A DNA stretch of 64,000 bases from the human T2T-CHM13v2.0 reference genome, Homo sapiens. Shown here piece after piece: positions 27,275-43,860 of this stretch. The stretch lies in assembly GCF_009914755.1 (NCBI RefSeq), contig NC_060925.1; one strand, given 5' to 3'. The notes beneath the pieces are model-generated. The model ran no database searches, was not told the origin of the DNA, and saw nothing but the letters and a program-made list of their open reading frames with translations. Position 1 is the stretch's first letter, and each line of letters begins with the position of its first letter. The position numbers and the translations under genes were made by a program.

Positions 27275-27608
27275 TGTTACCGAGCAATGGGCTCACTGCC
27301 CAATGCACATAGATAACAATACTATGGCACCAGCTTTGGAGAAAAGAAAACACTTTATTTCCAGTCAACTGGCAAGGAGATAGGAGGCAACACTCATAAC
27401 TGTCTCTCCAATCTGGGAGTAGCTCCAGCTTTTATGGCCTTTCTAACTAGTTCCAGATGATGCCAATGCAGCTGGTCTGCCAGGCTGGTGGTGTTAAATT
27501 AGAAGGTCAAAGCCCTTTCTATTGTGCATACCCAGGCAATTTTGGTCCTTTGTCACCTGTAAAAACTAAAGCAATGGTTAATCAGTTTGAGCTGGTCCCA
27601 TGGTTACA
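27275..27608 (-). mobile_element. MER66-like ERV1 solo LTR, inside an older LTR33/16-like element (~27248-28195)
   Basis: TGTTACCGAGCAATGGGCTCACTGCCC ... CCATGGTTACA with TG..CA ends; TTTATT (antisense AATAAA). Confidence 0.6.
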
Positions 27609-30469
27609 TTTCCAGGGTGCTTTCCAATGCTGCAGAGGCTGGAAGTAAAATAAATAAATAAATAAACACAACATTTTCTGGAATCTAGTTAGGAGACTGG
27701 ATATGACTTAGGTTCTGTCAATTAGATGCACTCATCAGAAATGTAAAACGTGGAAGTGGGCAAAAGCTGTCTTTCTGCTGTTTGCTGTTTTCTGCTGGCA
27801 GGGAAGATTTTTGTGTATCAGTATTTAGTCTCTGCCTTTGTGAGTGTTGAGGGGTAGTTGGGCTATGAAGATCACCAGACTCCACATTCCACTGTCCACA
27901 CGGTTTGGTCCCCCAAACAGATCAGATGCTGTTTTTCTGATCTCTCGATCACAGCTATGCCTTTGTGTCCTTAAAGTCAATGGTTCCATTCTTTGCTGTT
28001 CCTAATTGGGGTTCGGGTAGTCATTTCCCTTGTAATTCAGTTCTATCATATTCCAGGGGCCATTCTTAGCTCTAGCCAGCCTAGAGCCCATTCCTTTTAA
28101 CCCTTCCAACAATTTCCTAAGAACCTAATCTCCAGATAATTCTCCCTTGTATCTAAAATAACTAGAGTAGTTTGTTTTCTGGATTAAACTCTGGCTGGTT
28201 TTTCCATTTTCCAGATACAGAGAGTAGTCAGTCAGGCTGCAAGAGGTTAAAGTGGGACAGTGCTTGAATGAGGTGCTCATGCAATCGAATACAATATCTA
28301 GGCTAATAGTGCACCTCATCAATGAACACAAAGCTGACTTGTGCATCTAGGATTACCTTGCTCATTTTGATTACATAGTCCTAAGACAAAGATGGCACCT
28401 TTAGAAAATCTGCATGGGATGCCTAACATTGACCAGGTTCAACAAATAATAAGTATTCAGAGTATTATTCCAAAGCTTCTCTTCAGGAAATTAAAGCAAA
28501 CTTCCCCACATTATCAGTTCATTTTTCCCCCTTTGGAATCTTTCTAGCCACATCAGTTCATTTTTAACTTCCTAAGACAAGAAAGAGAGGGGAGTGCTCC
28601 AGACAGAAATGAATAGGGGTGATGTTAACTGTCCAGATTCAATAATGATGAGTTGGAGTTCAGAAAATACTCAGCAGGAAATTTAACCATGAGCAAGAGC
28701 TCAAAAGCAATGTACCCATAAGCAAATACATTCTCTATCTTCCTTTTGAAAATATGAAAGTAGAAAATAAATAGGTCATGTAGAGTGTTCACATTTATCC
28801 AACATTTACTATTACAAGTCTCTTCCTCAATTTCCACAGCAAACTTCAGAGGCATGTACCATTAATCGCCATTTCCTGGGTGAGAGGACTAAGGCTCATA
28901 CAATGTGAAGTAACCACTCAAGGTCACACAGCTATTAAATGTCGTATCCCAGGTGGAGGAACACGTATCCTAACCAAAGCTTCTTTAATACCAAAGTCTA
29001 TTCCTTTAACAACTTGCAAACTAATGCAGCTCTCCACAAGGTGAATGATTGCCATTATTTTTCCACTCCCCAAAACAGTGTTTTCTAAGCTGAAATAGAC
29101 AGCCATTTATTAAACCCAGCAGCTTTCATTAATCAGTTTCTTGAGTGAAAAAAATAAAACAGCAGGTTCCAGAGTTTTTCTTCTTAGCTCAGTAGGAGAA
29201 AGGAGAGGGCAGGAGAAAGGAAGGAAATTAGCATCAAGACCCAAGATGAGGGATCCAAATCTATCTTTCTGCCTCCCAAAGCAGCTGCTCCCAGATCCCC
29301 AGTCACATAGTCCTTCACCAGTTCCATGATGCTAGAACTCCCACACCTCACTCCTGAACCCAAGCAGGATTTCCCTTCCCTATAACCATTAATTCCCCAA
29401 CAGTGAATGAGGGCCGTGGAATTTTGTTTCCCTATTGTTAACAGAGTTTTTTCTCAACAGCAACTAGCTAAATTTCTCAGGGTAGAATGATGAATGCACC
29501 TGCAACACGACCCCTCTTAACACCTCACTTGACCCTCTGTGCAGGTGCTCCTGCCGCTCTTGATTAGAGTGCTGAGGTTCTGACACTCCTCCCTGTGCCA
29601 CACAAATGCCCAGTGATTCATTTATAACTGACACCCAAGCCTTCACTATTCACTGTTGCAAAGAAAATTTTGGACCTCTGAGAGTTATAACCTTTCCCCA
29701 TTTTTCTTTCTGCTAATAAATTCTGGAGAGCAATAAGGATAACAGTAAGACATCCATCATCTTGTGGGGTTTACGAGCAGCTGGCATGACATTCTCAGCC
29801 AATATAACTGCAAGCTGACTTTAATCACAGTCTGTTGATCTCAGCTTTCAGAAATATTGCCTTGATATATCATTCTATTCTTTCTCTAAGCTGAATGCAT
29901 GAAGGAAGGCTTTCTGAGTTTCACCATCTAAACACCAGGGAGGAGGGTCAGAGGAATGCAGTGAACTCTTATTTCATTTGCAAAGGTAACTGGAAAACAC
30001 TTGGATCTTGAAAGTCCTTGAGCCTTGAAAAAAGACAATTTAAGCTAAAGTCTGGGGACATTAAAGTAGTTGCAAATTTGAGCAAACTCTGTGCCAAACA
30101 ATTGCTGGATTTCACTGCTCTTTAATAACATTCATCAAATATTTCCACATTTTCTAAGACAACCCTTGGGTTACCACTAAGGCTTGTCATTTTTTCTAAT
30201 TAATGGTAATCTAAGTTTGTGAATCTTCCTAAAAATTTCACTATTTTTCAGTTTTGCAAACATAAAACTCAGCTGTCTTAAACACCATCTATGATCCTTA
30301 TAGCTTTTGATTACATGACGGGATGGCTTTGAAATGGTGAGCTTCTGTCCCCTGGATCTGACAAAACAAGCAATCCTATTTCATTTGCATTTGGCAAGTG
30401 CTTAGACCAGTGGCCTCCATATATTTTGCACATGCTCCAAGCCAATAGAAAAATGTTAAGCATGCTCCC

Positions 30470-30908
30470 TCTATGCTAGGCTGTGGTAACGAAGAGACCC
30501 AAATGTGTATAATGACTGAAATACCCAGAAGTTTATCTCTTGCTGATAAAATTGCATGAAGTGAATGCTCCTGGTAAGTTGGCAGTCCCCTCCCAGCAAT
30601 GTTTCAGGGATGAAGTCTCCGTCTATCTCAGGCCTCCGACATTCCCAGGGCCTGTTCCTTTTCTGCATGTAAGCCAGCAGAAGGGGAAAGAGTGTAAAAG
30701 AAGCATGACTGCTTCTCAAAAGCCTTGGTCCAAAACTGACATTTATAACTTCCATTCACCTCCTGTTGGGAATAACTAGAGAACTGGTCACACCCACATG
30801 CAAGCAATCTGGAAAAAGTTGCCTTGGGCTGGGCAGCAGCTTGCCAGCTAAAACTGTATATTCTGAAATGAAGAACAGATTTTGGTGAACAGCTGTTTGT
30901 CTGCCACA
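30470..30908 (-). mobile_element. Old MLT1J/K-like LTR
   Basis: GCTAGGCTGTGGTAAC..AGAAGTTTATCTCTTGCT..AACTAGAGAACTGGTCACACCC. Confidence 0.55.
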
Positions 30909-31229
30909 TTCTCAGTTTATTCATTCCTTCATTCAGTCATTCTTATTTATTTATAAATGATATACATGTGTGTGTATATATATACAAAACTCTGTAATAA
31001 TATGCATATTGTAAGGCATATACAGAAATATAAATTATAAAGGATGAGAAAAACAAGATTAAATAGAAGTTTTGTTTTTCCTGCAGCCCATTGCATCATC
31101 TGTGCCTCCCATGGTCAGGATTCACCCCCTAGATTCACTACTCTAGACTCCAAGAGGTCCTGGAAATTAGGAAGTGCCCTTCTAGAGAAGCATTTTAAGA
31201 AGTAAAAGATACTGCCCTACTGCTAGCCT

Positions 31230-31630
31230 TTCCCCTCTTCTTGTAGATGGCACCCAGGTCCACAAAGCTGCTCAAGCCCCAAATCTGGAAATCATCCTCA
31301 GTTCCTCACTGCCCATTACCTCCATATCCAGTTTCCAGCCAGTCCTGCCTGCTTGCCTTCCCAACCAGATCCAGAATCCCTGCTTATCACTCCACCTTCA
31401 TGACTCTCACCCTACCCCCAGCACCAGCATCTTTTCTCTGGACACTGTAAGAGCCTCTTGTCCTTACAATCCATTCTTCATGGGACCGCCATTGTGATCT
31501 TTCAAACATATAAAGATGATCAGGTTATTGCCCTGCAAACTCTCCAATGGGCTGATACCTCAAATACGATCAGCCTCCTCATTGAAGCTTACAAGGCACA
31601 GTAAACATTCTACAAATGTTTCTTGAATAT
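31230..31630 (+). mobile_element. L2 fragment
   Basis: TGCTCAAGCCCCAAATCTGGAAATCATCCT..CAATCCATTCT..GTGATCTTTCAAA. Confidence 0.65.
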
Positions 31631-33216
31631 TGTTAAATATATACACACAGGGGGAAACGTCTGAAAAAATAATTACCAAACTGCGGTTATGTTTACTGTT
31701 AAATCGTTCAATGGCAACTTTTATAATTAAGAAAAAAGTTACTTATATTTTGTAAAGAAGGAGAGGGAGAGAAGGCTAATAAGAAAAGGGCATCTGTTTC
31801 CAGGTAAACTCTACTCTAAAGACCAGTTATTATTATTTTTGTTACTATTTTCCTCTCCTAATTCAAGCAGATTTTTACTTACTTGTCTTGCAAAAGGTTT
31901 GCAGCAAGAAAGAGAACAAAAAAGATACTTTTTACCTCATGGCTTTCTTTTTTTCAAAGAGCAAAACCCATTGAGGAGAATAGGGCCTGCTGACAGGAAA
32001 GTGCCTCAGATGGAAGGTGAGCAAGGGATTTCCTTCTAGAAAAAGAAAAGCCTTAGGTTATGGGGAAGAGAGATCTAAGGTGCCTTGGAAGAAAGGTCAT
32101 GTGCAGCCTTGGGAAGCTGGGCACCTGGATTCTGGGCCCAGGGCTCCCAGTTTTATAGGTTTCAGGGTTCCAAGAGCCAAAGGGAAAGTGAAAGACCACA
32201 GCAGTCTCAGTGGAATCAATGTAGATAATTGTGCAATACAATATGTTGGCCCTGCGTAAGACCCAGATCTTGGCACACGTTCACAGGGCATGAGGGAGAT
32301 CAGCCCAAAATGGCAGAGACTAAATTTCCTGCCAGCTCAAAAGGCTGGGTGTCCAGAGCCAAAATGAAGTTGATTTATAAAAGCAAAAAAAAAGTTATAT
32401 TTCTTGAATGCCTTCATTTGTGTACTAAGACTTATAACCACTATCATCTTATACAAAAATGTGCAAAGGATACATCACTTTCATAAATGAGTACTGATTC
32501 AATGTCATTCCTACAATATTGTCACTCTTACTCACATGTATTACGTGCATTTCAGTATGCTTTCCTAGGGCAAAAAGTGGAGGGGAAAGGGTGGATCAAT
32601 GACAGTGCTAGTGTTGCCACAGAGAATGCATCTCATGCAAGCATATCAGCTGGTACATGTTTCAGCGGGCAAACATCTAAGAACCAGTTCTCTATGTCTG
32701 TTCCATTCTGACTTAATTACAGTTTGTAATTACAGTTTGTTATTTGCATTCCTAACCAGGCCTACTTCAGAACCTTGGACATAGGGAAATGACATGGCAC
32801 AGTGGTTGAGAGCACAGGTTCTTAGCTAAGACTGTCTGGGATGGAAACTAAGCTCTGCCAGTTATGTGACATGGAGCAAGTTTCCTAATCCCCCTGTTTT
32901 CTTATCTGGGGATAATGTTACTCTTACTTCAGGGGGTTAGTGAGGAGTAGTTGCGTTCATTTTAAGGTGTTTAGCACAGTGCCTGTCACATTGTAGGCTT
33001 TCTGTTAAACGTTAACTGTTATTACTAGATTTTATTATAGTAAGCACTTAGAAAATGCTGAATGAATGAATGAATGAATGAATGATTGTCTTACCCTCTG
33101 GTCCATCAAGAGCAGAAGATTATACAAGAAAATGACCAGATTATTCTCTATTTAGGTGCTGTTCCAGACCAAATTTTGCCACACCTTGTTTTTGCTGTTA
33201 AGACACATATATTCAG

Positions 33217-33511
33217 GCCAAGCACAGTGGCTCACACCTGTAATCCCAACACTTTGGGAGGCCAAGGCGGGCAGATCACCTGAGGTCAGGAGTTCGAGAC
33301 CAGCCTGGCCAACATGGCAAAACCCCATCTCTACTAAAAAAATACAAAAATTAGCTGGGCGTGGTGATGCACGTCTGTAATCCCAGCTACTCAGAAGGTT
33401 GAGGCAGGAGAATCACTTGAACCTGGGAAGTGCAGGTTGCAGTGAGCCAAGATCGCATGCCACTGTACTCCAGCCTGAGCAACAGAGCGAGACTCCATCT
33501 CAAAAAAAAAA
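33217..33511 (+). mobile_element. AluS
   Basis: Full dimer; TSD AAGACACATA(CA)TTCA. Confidence 0.93.
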
Positions 33512-33812
33512 AGACACATACATTCAGGTACTTCTCACATACCCTGAGGCATTAGCAAGGTGCTACATGGAGTCATGTCTACTGTCCCACTTGGTGACCA
33601 ATAGTCAACATTAGCAAAAACTTTGACCATAATGAAGAATATAGGTTATGGTTATACCCAAAAAAAATTATTCTGGAAATGCTGTTTTCTGTGGCACTCA
33701 ATCTTTCACTTTTGGCCTCAGGTAGCATTAGAATAAGTCAATTCTGGGAATCATGGAAAATCAATAAATTTGTTGTCTTTCTTCTGGGGATATATTTAAA
33801 ATAACCCTCAGC

Positions 33813-34275
<463 letters not shown>

Positions 34276-34821
34276 TCAGAACAAAAGCCACAAACATGCC
34301 ATATTTTCTCAGATCTTTATACAGTTCCCTGAGCATGGAACGTCCTCCACACCTCCCATTTCACCCAGCCCCTTAATCCCAGTGAGTCATAGTTGTATAG
34401 TGCAGAGATTAGTAGTTGAATTCAAATCCCAGCTCCATATTTCCCAGACTGAGTGACAATGGGCAAAGTTATTTAACTTCCCTGTTAATCAGTTTCCTAT
34501 AGGGATGATGGTTACACCAACCTTGTGGGGCTTTGGAAAAAAATAAATAGCTTAATATTCGGAAAATGCATAGAATAGGGCACTTCTGGCACAGAGTGAG
34601 CATTACATAAGTTGTGTCATTATTGTCTTTCAAGTCCTAGCACCAGTTTCACAGAAACCTGAAGGTTTGTTCATTCCCCTGGGCAGGGTTATGCACCTCC
34701 TTCTCCATGCTTGTACTCGTCTCTACTGTAATATGTATCACATTCAGTTATAAAGGTTAGTGTGTATGTCTCCCTTGCCACTACTCAGAACTATAGGAAA
34801 TACAAAGGCAGTCATTTTACC

Positions 34822-35155
<334 letters not shown>

Positions 35156-35876
35156 TGAACATAGCAGATGCACAACAAATATTTGGTTAATGTATGAAAT
35201 CATTAATTAAATGTCATTTAAACTTTTCAAGCTTCTCATGAAGTCAGTATTTTCCCCTCCTTGTATGAAACTGTCGAGCAATGGCTATTTCTGTGGCTGC
35301 TTCTAAAGCCAAACAAGGTAAGGTTTTCAGTTATCTCAGAGACTGTACAATAATCACTGGTATCATAAAAATTCATTATTATCCCTGTTAATAGAGTGGA
35401 TAAATATCCTTGCTGGGACAGCAGTGTCTTGGCCCAGCATGTGTCATCTATAGAGTGGACTCTTAGAGTTTCCTTAGGCAGCTCTCCAGCAGTGCATCCC
35501 TCCAGCATTGCTGGGATATGGGACATGTCGCAGCTCCCAGAAGAGATCTCCCAGTGGCTAGTCACGGTCAATCTGCAATCAGAGAAGGGTTTTGGCAAGA
35601 AAGTGATCCAAGGAGACACTGAAAATAGCAAGTTCACTGAAGGCCAAGGGAACATCCCCTTGTGAAAGTAAGGATGATAAAATAAGAAGCTTACTGGCAG
35701 TGAAAAGAAAACATCCTGTCTGAGTTGAATTGCAGGAGGGGGAGTCAGGGAAGGTTCCAGCCACCTTGGAAAGGCAGCATGGAGCAGCAGGGAAGCCACC
35801 AGATTTGGAATCTGAACAATCAAGTCTCAGTTCTTCATTTGATGAGCGCACTTTCTCCTCTTTAAAATGGAGACCC

Positions 35877-36192
<316 letters not shown>

Positions 36193-36529
36193 TGGAGACT
36201 GAAACAAAGAAAACTGTGAAGCACACTATGAATGTAAAAATTTATCCTGTGTTGTTAGAAAGGCCCCTTCACACAGTAATTCACAGAAAGGGTTCCCACT
36301 CTGAACAAGGTCTTTCCATCTTCTCCACTTGAGGGCTGAAAGGGATGTCTCTGCCTCCTTTTGATTTAAATTAGCAGGTTCTTAAGAAGTGAGGGTGGGC
36401 AACAGAATTGGAGGCTTTCATGAGACAAAACTTACTAGGAATTTGCTTAGGAATCTGCTTTTGGGAGGCACTATGTAAACCCACACAGTGTGACTTACAG
36501 CCTATGAGGAACTTTCTTATGTTAGGCTC

Positions 36530-36730
36530 AAGTGTTAAAAATGCAAACCGCCTGTGGTGCACTGCTGGAGCTGCTATCCCCACCTAGCAAGAGCTGACTG
36601 CACACGTCTCTTCCCAACTCCTTGAAATTGGCCCTGGTAGAAGTGTTTACCTCATGGTAATTGACAAATGCTACAAATCAGGGTGTCTTTTCTTCTCTGT
36701 CTCCAGGAGCTTGCTTATGAGCACACCTCT
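36530..36730. mobile_element. MER63-like hAT-Blackjack fragment
   Basis: CACACGTCTCTTCCCAACTCC..GGTAATTGACAAATGCTACAAATCAGGG. Confidence 0.5.
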
Positions 36731-37991
36731 GACTGAGGTCCACAGGACTCAAGATTCCTCCAGCCATCACTCTCCACTACAAATGCCACAAAAATGAAAA
36801 TTTGACCATATACATAAGTACTAGATGGGAAACACTGAAAAGATACACCATGAGGAGGGAGAAAAAACAAAAAGCCAAAAAATCTTAGTATATCAACTGC
36901 ACATTCCTACCACACGGAGATCTGACAATGAAGTATCTTGAGGGTTTTTGGGGTTTTTTTTGTTTTTTAAACTAAGAATAACTGTAATATGCCAGAGAAT
37001 TTTGAATCAGCCTTATCTGTAGTCTCAAATGAATATATTCAAAAGTCATATTATAGCAGAAATGCAAATATCTTGATTGCATATTGAGGATAATATAATG
37101 GTGGAACAACTAGCTTGTCAAATAGGTGATCGGGATGGAATAAAAATGCATTCTTGGTTGTCTTCTATCCCAATGAGTTAAAGTAATATTGCACTTATAA
37201 CTTTTCAATACATTATGGTCATATTGTTTCCTCATGCGTATTTTATTTGTTCTTTTTATCGTTTAAATGGATTGTTCCTTTTCTTCTGGAACTCCAAACA
37301 TTATGCTAGGTTTTCAAGGCTGGTGCTTGTGATAGGGGAAGAGAATAATGCCTGTGTGTGTAAGGTGCTTGATGTTTCTCAGAGGCCTTTCCTATATGCA
37401 ATCCTCACTTAATCGTTATACACACCCCCAAAGCAAGGCATACCCATTTTCAGACAAGGAAGAAGACACTCACATGATAAGAAGAGCTACTGGAATCTGG
37501 ACCCTGCTGTCATTATTGTTCCTGGACATTAGATGTTGACTGTTATAGCCATCGATAATGCTGCCACTAGAATGATGGTCGAATTGTCTCTACTTCTTTG
37601 CATCACTCTTACAGTCATAAAACTCAAAACAAGAACATCTGCTTAACCGGGCTTAGGTCTCCTGTACGTACACTAACTGGCGAGATTTCAAGTGAACCGG
37701 CAGCTTGTATTTTTTGGGCTTCTGCTGTGAAATGAAAATCCTTCATCTAACAAGACAAAAAATGGTACATTCTCCAAACACAGGAGGAAGTTTAAATTCA
37801 GAAGAGTAGATATTATTATTACTATTATAGTAAGCATCTATTCTACCCATGGGAGCCTATCATCTTTTGAGTCTTTTCTCTATATTTGGAGACATATCCA
37901 AATTATGAGTTGTTATATAGGATTCACAATGCAAATTTCCAGCTGCCCTTGCAGCTAGGATTCAGGGACATGAATTACTTGGTGTCAATCA

Positions 37992-38566
<575 letters not shown>

Positions 38567-39548
38567 TTAGTTTGGGATATTATTCCTCAAGGCTTATTCT
38601 CAAGCCCAGTTTTCCAGTTCACTCAACAGTCCCGTGATCCACCCAATATTTTTAAATAAAACGCTTTTCTATTGATTCAACAAGAATCAGCGTCTGTTGT
38701 TTGGAGCCAAGAACTTTGATTAATACAGTTATATTTCCTATAAATGTGGAAACTTATGTCTTAAAGGTTAAATTGCTCAAGATGACAAAGTCAGTCAATG
38801 ACAGGGCAAAGATTTGTACCTGGACTGTCATAATCTCAAGCCCATATTCTGATGCAAAAAGAGTATACCATAAGGTCATAAAACTAATGAGTTGTGCTTG
38901 AGTTGTTTTAAAGTTAGTATAAATTATAGAAAGATCTAGTCTAACCTAAAGCTCTGAATAACAAAGTATCAAGTGGAGTCCACAACCCAAATCTTTTGCT
39001 ATGTAATCTAATGTGCTTTCTATGACACCTCTCATCATCATAATCCTATCACATTTTGCTTTATGTATTTTGAAACTAATTTTTAAGTGCATTTGTGTTC
39101 AAGAATATTATACAGAGAAGAGATTACCATTATTTCTTGCATCCCACACCTCTCTGTATTCAATTTTCAACTTACTGAAGTACATCTTTTAATAATTCTT
39201 TCAGCCAGGGTCTATTTTGAATTATTTATCAGAAAATGCCTTTATTTTTGCCTCATTCTTGAATGATGTGTGTTTTCTGGATAGTATCTTTAAAAGATGG
39301 GCATGTATGTCCCTTCTGCCTTCCTTGCAAACTACCCTGCTCCTGCACCTGCCTGGGATGCAGACCTGAGGGACACAGCTAAAGTAGCCATGTGGGATCC
39401 TAAAATAGAAGCCGCAAATTGAGAGTAACAGAGCCACTCTATCAGCCCTTGACATCTGGACTGTTACATGGGAAAGAAATAAATTTCTATCTCTTTTAAG
39501 GCTCTATATTTTGGGGTCTATCCTTTTTAAAAAAAACAATGTCTACTA

Positions 39549-40116
39549 TGTCTTAGCAGTTGTATCCCTGCTTGCTTTGCTCTCTCCTTTCCTTATGCCT
39601 TCCTCAATATAGATGTGTACGGTGCCCTGGTACACACTCCCAACCCCTACCTTCACTTTTATTTCTGGGTCCTAACCAAAATCCACAGAGTGCCTTGACT
39701 GCTATGTGACCTGGCCAGTTGCAGTTTTTTCCCAGCGGATTTTAACCCTAAGCAGGGCCTTGAACATTCCCAGGTATTGTTAAAGGTATCTAGGCTTACT
39801 AGAAAGAAACTGGTCCTGAACCTGAGCCAAATTCCTTAAACCTTCATATAAACTCCATACCCTGACCCCCTTGCTGCTGACATACCTAAGTAGAACATCC
39901 CTTTCCTCTCGCTGTTCATGGGAAGGATTGCTGCAGCCCACTCTGTACACAAGTTCCCCTGATAAATGCTTTGGACTGGTCACCTTAGCATTTAGTGCTC
40001 CTTTCTTTGGAATCCCAATGAGCCCTATCTCAGGATGGTTTGGGGCACTCTCTTGTGAGAACTCCCCAGCACTGCTTTTGGGGTGACTCCAGCCACCACT
40101 TGGGTAGAACAAAACA
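39549..40116 (+). mobile_element. ERVL-type solo LTR (MER54/73/74-like), nested in old L1ME sequence
   Basis: TG..CA ends; CCTGAGCCAAATTCCTTAAACCTTCATATAAACTCCATACCCTGACCCC motif. Confidence 0.6.
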
Positions 40117-40436
40117 ATACATGTGTGAATACATAAATGCACGTGACCTCATTCTTACTTCAATTTCTCCTCTTTATGTCATATTTTTCTATCTCATTAT
40201 TTCTCTGTGCTGCATTTTGGGTGATTGCCTTAGTTCTTTCTTTCAGTTTACTTGTTTTCTTCAGAAGTCTAATCTGCTATTTAACATGTCCCTTTGAGTT
40301 GTTAATGTCAACAAATATATTCTTAATCTCTACACTTTCTATTTGGTTCTTTTACAAATAAGCCTGGTCTTTTCTAATGACAAAATAGTCTTCTGTTTTA
40401 TTCCTTCCTTTATGTCTCTGACATTTAAGAGATACT

Positions 40437-40773
40437 TGCATTAGGCCAAATGTTTATAGTCCCCCCCGAAAAAAAAAAAATCATATGTTGAAATCCTAAT
40501 CCCCAACATGATGGCATTGGAGGTGGAGCCTTTGGTAGATTCGTGTCTTTATAAAAGAGAGCCCAGCGCGCTCCCTCACCCTTTTGGCCATAAGAGTACA
40601 TAGCAAGAAGACTGTCCTCTATGAACCAGGAAGAGTGCCCTCATCAGAAACCAAATCTGTGGGCCACTTGATCTTGGACTTCCAGCCTCCAGAACTGTGA
40701 GAAATAAATGTCTGTTGTTTGTAAGCCACCCAGTCTGCGGTATTGTGTCATAGCAGCCCAAACACATCAAGAC
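40437..40773 (+). mobile_element. MLT1A-like solo LTR
   Basis: CATATGTTGAAATCCTAATCCCCAA..TTGATCTTGGACTTCCAGCCTCCAGAACTGTGAGAAATAAATG..ATAGCAGCCC. Confidence 0.8.
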
Positions 40774-41245
40774 AATACTTATTTCATAGTCTCATTCAGA
40801 GTTTTTAAATTAACCCAGTTCTTGGATTGTGATTTCTCTATTTATTTTATCTTCAGGTTTCCCTTCAGGGTGATTCATTTTGTTCTTAATTTTGTATTAA
40901 GAGTTCATCTTTAGCAGAGCTTGTTATCTGACCATACACCTGTGTACCTAAATCGTAGAAACAGCCCAACATGGCACTTTGTTTCTGGTGAAATTCTAAG
41001 GATTCAATTGTCCTGGACCAGATTTCATGGTAATTTCTTAGAATGAGATTTCTGTATCTCCCAAATCCTACATCTACTCATGGTAAATGCCTGGGAAACA
41101 CATTTTTCCCACCCACAGCCATAGACCAACTACAAGTTTCCTTCCTCCTCTTCATAACAATTGTCAGTATTTTCCATAGTCCCTTCCTCACAGATGAGGC
41201 ACCCCTTCTCCTAGGCTCCAGAGATTATTGACAAGACTCTGTCAC

Positions 41246-41438
41246 AGGATTACCACATAAAATACAGGAAGCCCAGTTAAATTTGAATTCCAGATAAACA
41301 ACCTTTTTTTTTTTTACCATAAATATGTTCCTTTCAACTTGTAGAACATACTTACCCTAAAAAATGATTCATTGTTTATCTGAAATTCAAATTTAACCAG
41401 CCATCTTGTATTTTAATTTGCTAAATCCGACAATTCTA
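41246..41438. mobile_element. MER53 palindromic MITE
   Basis: Long inverted repeats: AAAATACAGGAAGCCCAGTTAAATTTGAATTCCAGATAAACAA and TTGTTTATCTGAAATTCAAATTTAACCAGCCATCTTGTATTTT. Confidence 0.8.
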
Positions 41439-41635
41439 GTCATAGTGTCCTGCCTAAACTTGGCCTGAGGTCCCATGTCCTATCTCCAGATGGGCCTCCA
41501 CACCCAAGACCCCAGATCCTGGGACCTATGTGCCGTTCTAGCAACATCAGCCACAGTTATTACTCTGGCTCTGAGTTTTCTTTTCACATTGAGAACTAGA
41601 AGATTTCCCTTACTTTTTTCAATGCTGGTTGTAAT

Positions 41636-41989
<354 letters not shown>

Positions 41990-43299
41990 CTAGATTTTCT
42001 ATGTGACAGTGGTGGAGGGAAGGTTTCCCCATGTCAGCTAGTCTGCCATGTTGTCAGAAATATTTTAATTACTTCACATCTGCCCTCATCCTCCACGTGA
42101 GCATTGTACTATGCCATGAAAAAAAAAAATGAAGCACAGAGTGGCGAATTCACCCAAGTTAGTTGGAGACAAGGGAATGTCCAGGAACAAGTCCTCCTGA
42201 CTTGTACTTCAGGGATGCCGCCCAGCTCATTCTTTCTACAGGACGGGTTCTCCAAAGAAAGGCAAACAGCTCCCAGTTTTGGCTAAGGTTGGACTTCCCA
42301 AAAACCTGGGTATTCAAGGATTTTCTTTATATTTTTTGGGCACAGGAAGGAAGTAAAATTCTGACTTGCTACGTTTTACCGGGCCAAGTCAAAGATGAAA
42401 GGCTAGATGATGAGGTTAAAATAGAAAATTATTAACTAAAAAGGGTTGAAACGTCTATTTTAAGACCTTAAATTAGTCAAAACCTAGGGAATGGAAGACA
42501 TAGAGTCATAGGATGAGAAAATAATGTGGTTTTGGATTGAAATGTTTCAGAGAAAGGCCCCTTTTAAAACAGTTCTAAATAAAGTTCTTGGAACAGAAGA
42601 AAACTATTTTGTTTTCACTTTAGACATGGAAAATCCCCTGGACCAGAAATTCCAAAATCCTCTCTGCATATTTTCTGATTTTTTTCAATAATTCCACATC
42701 CTCTACATGGTTTCCAGGCAGAGCCTAATTTGGCCTTGACCCTGCATGCACCAAAGATCTCAAATTCAAGCCTTTGACATAATGTCACAATGAAGTTTTA
42801 CTTTCTGTTCTTATATACTGTGTATTAAGGTATCAGTTTGTTCAAGGTAAACATTTAAAATCATCACAGTTTTTGAAACTCTGTTTCAGCACATCTACAC
42901 TTATTTCTACATTTTTCTTATTTTTATTTTTAGTATTCTAGACATCTTAAAAATTAATCCATGCCCTGGGCTTTCCACCCACTCTGGCAGGCTCTGCTGC
43001 TAAAAATTCACGTTGTATAAGCCTTAAAGAGTGTGTGTCCCTCCCAAACAGCTCCCACATGAATATGAGTTTAAGAAAAGAAGGTATACATTTTGCTAAT
43101 AGAAATCATTTATAATTCAAAAGAAAAAGGAATAATACTTCTCGTGTTTGTCTCTGGTCCCAGAACTTACTTGTCCCACAAGACCTTTGGCTCTAATCAC
43201 CTCCTAGGATTACTCCCTCTAGGTCTACGCCACTCAAAGAAAAATCACGAGATGGCAGTCTAAATTATGACTATCCCAACTTTCAAAGCAACTTAAATC

Positions 43300-43860
43300 A
43301 GAGAACCGTAGAATTTTAATATATGTCTTATTACAAAATAAACCATGTAACTTGGAAAACATTTGGAAATTTCGCAAAAGCATAAAGAAATGGAAATCAC
43401 GTATCAACTCACCACTCAAACATGTTTCTGTGAATAAAACATGTTTTATGCATAAAACACATTTTAACAAAATGTAATCATACTCTTCAAGTTTTCAAAT
43501 TTGCTTTTTTCACTTATCTATATATTGTGAACATTTCCCACAACATTACATATTTTTCTACAGTACCACTTTAGTGACTATACATTCCATTTTATAAATA
43601 TGTGTTTATTTCATCAGTCCTCTCTTTGGCGGCATTTAGATTGTTCCCAGTTTCTCCTAACTCTGTGATAATTATCATTGTAGTAAAGTTATTCTTGCAG
43701 TTGGCTATTATTATTATGTCCTTAGGATAAATTCCCAGAAGTGAAACTGATTGGTTGAACAATATGCACATTGTCAAAATTTTAGGCACACATTGCCAAG
43801 TTACCTTGTAAAAGGTTCATCAATCCCACCAGTAGTGTATCAGAGTACCTATTTACTATC
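43300..43860 (-). mobile_element. L1ME fragment
   Basis: TCCTTAGGATAAATTCCCAGAAGTGAAACTG; the minus translation SLLGIYPKD is an ORF2 C-terminal relic. Confidence 0.7.

Noticed and set aside
35236-35823. Longest ORF (195 aa, minus strand)
   Set aside because: It has a non-ATG start, no recognisable domain and no exon context, and it partly overlaps MIR sequence. A homology or PhyloCSF hit would be needed.
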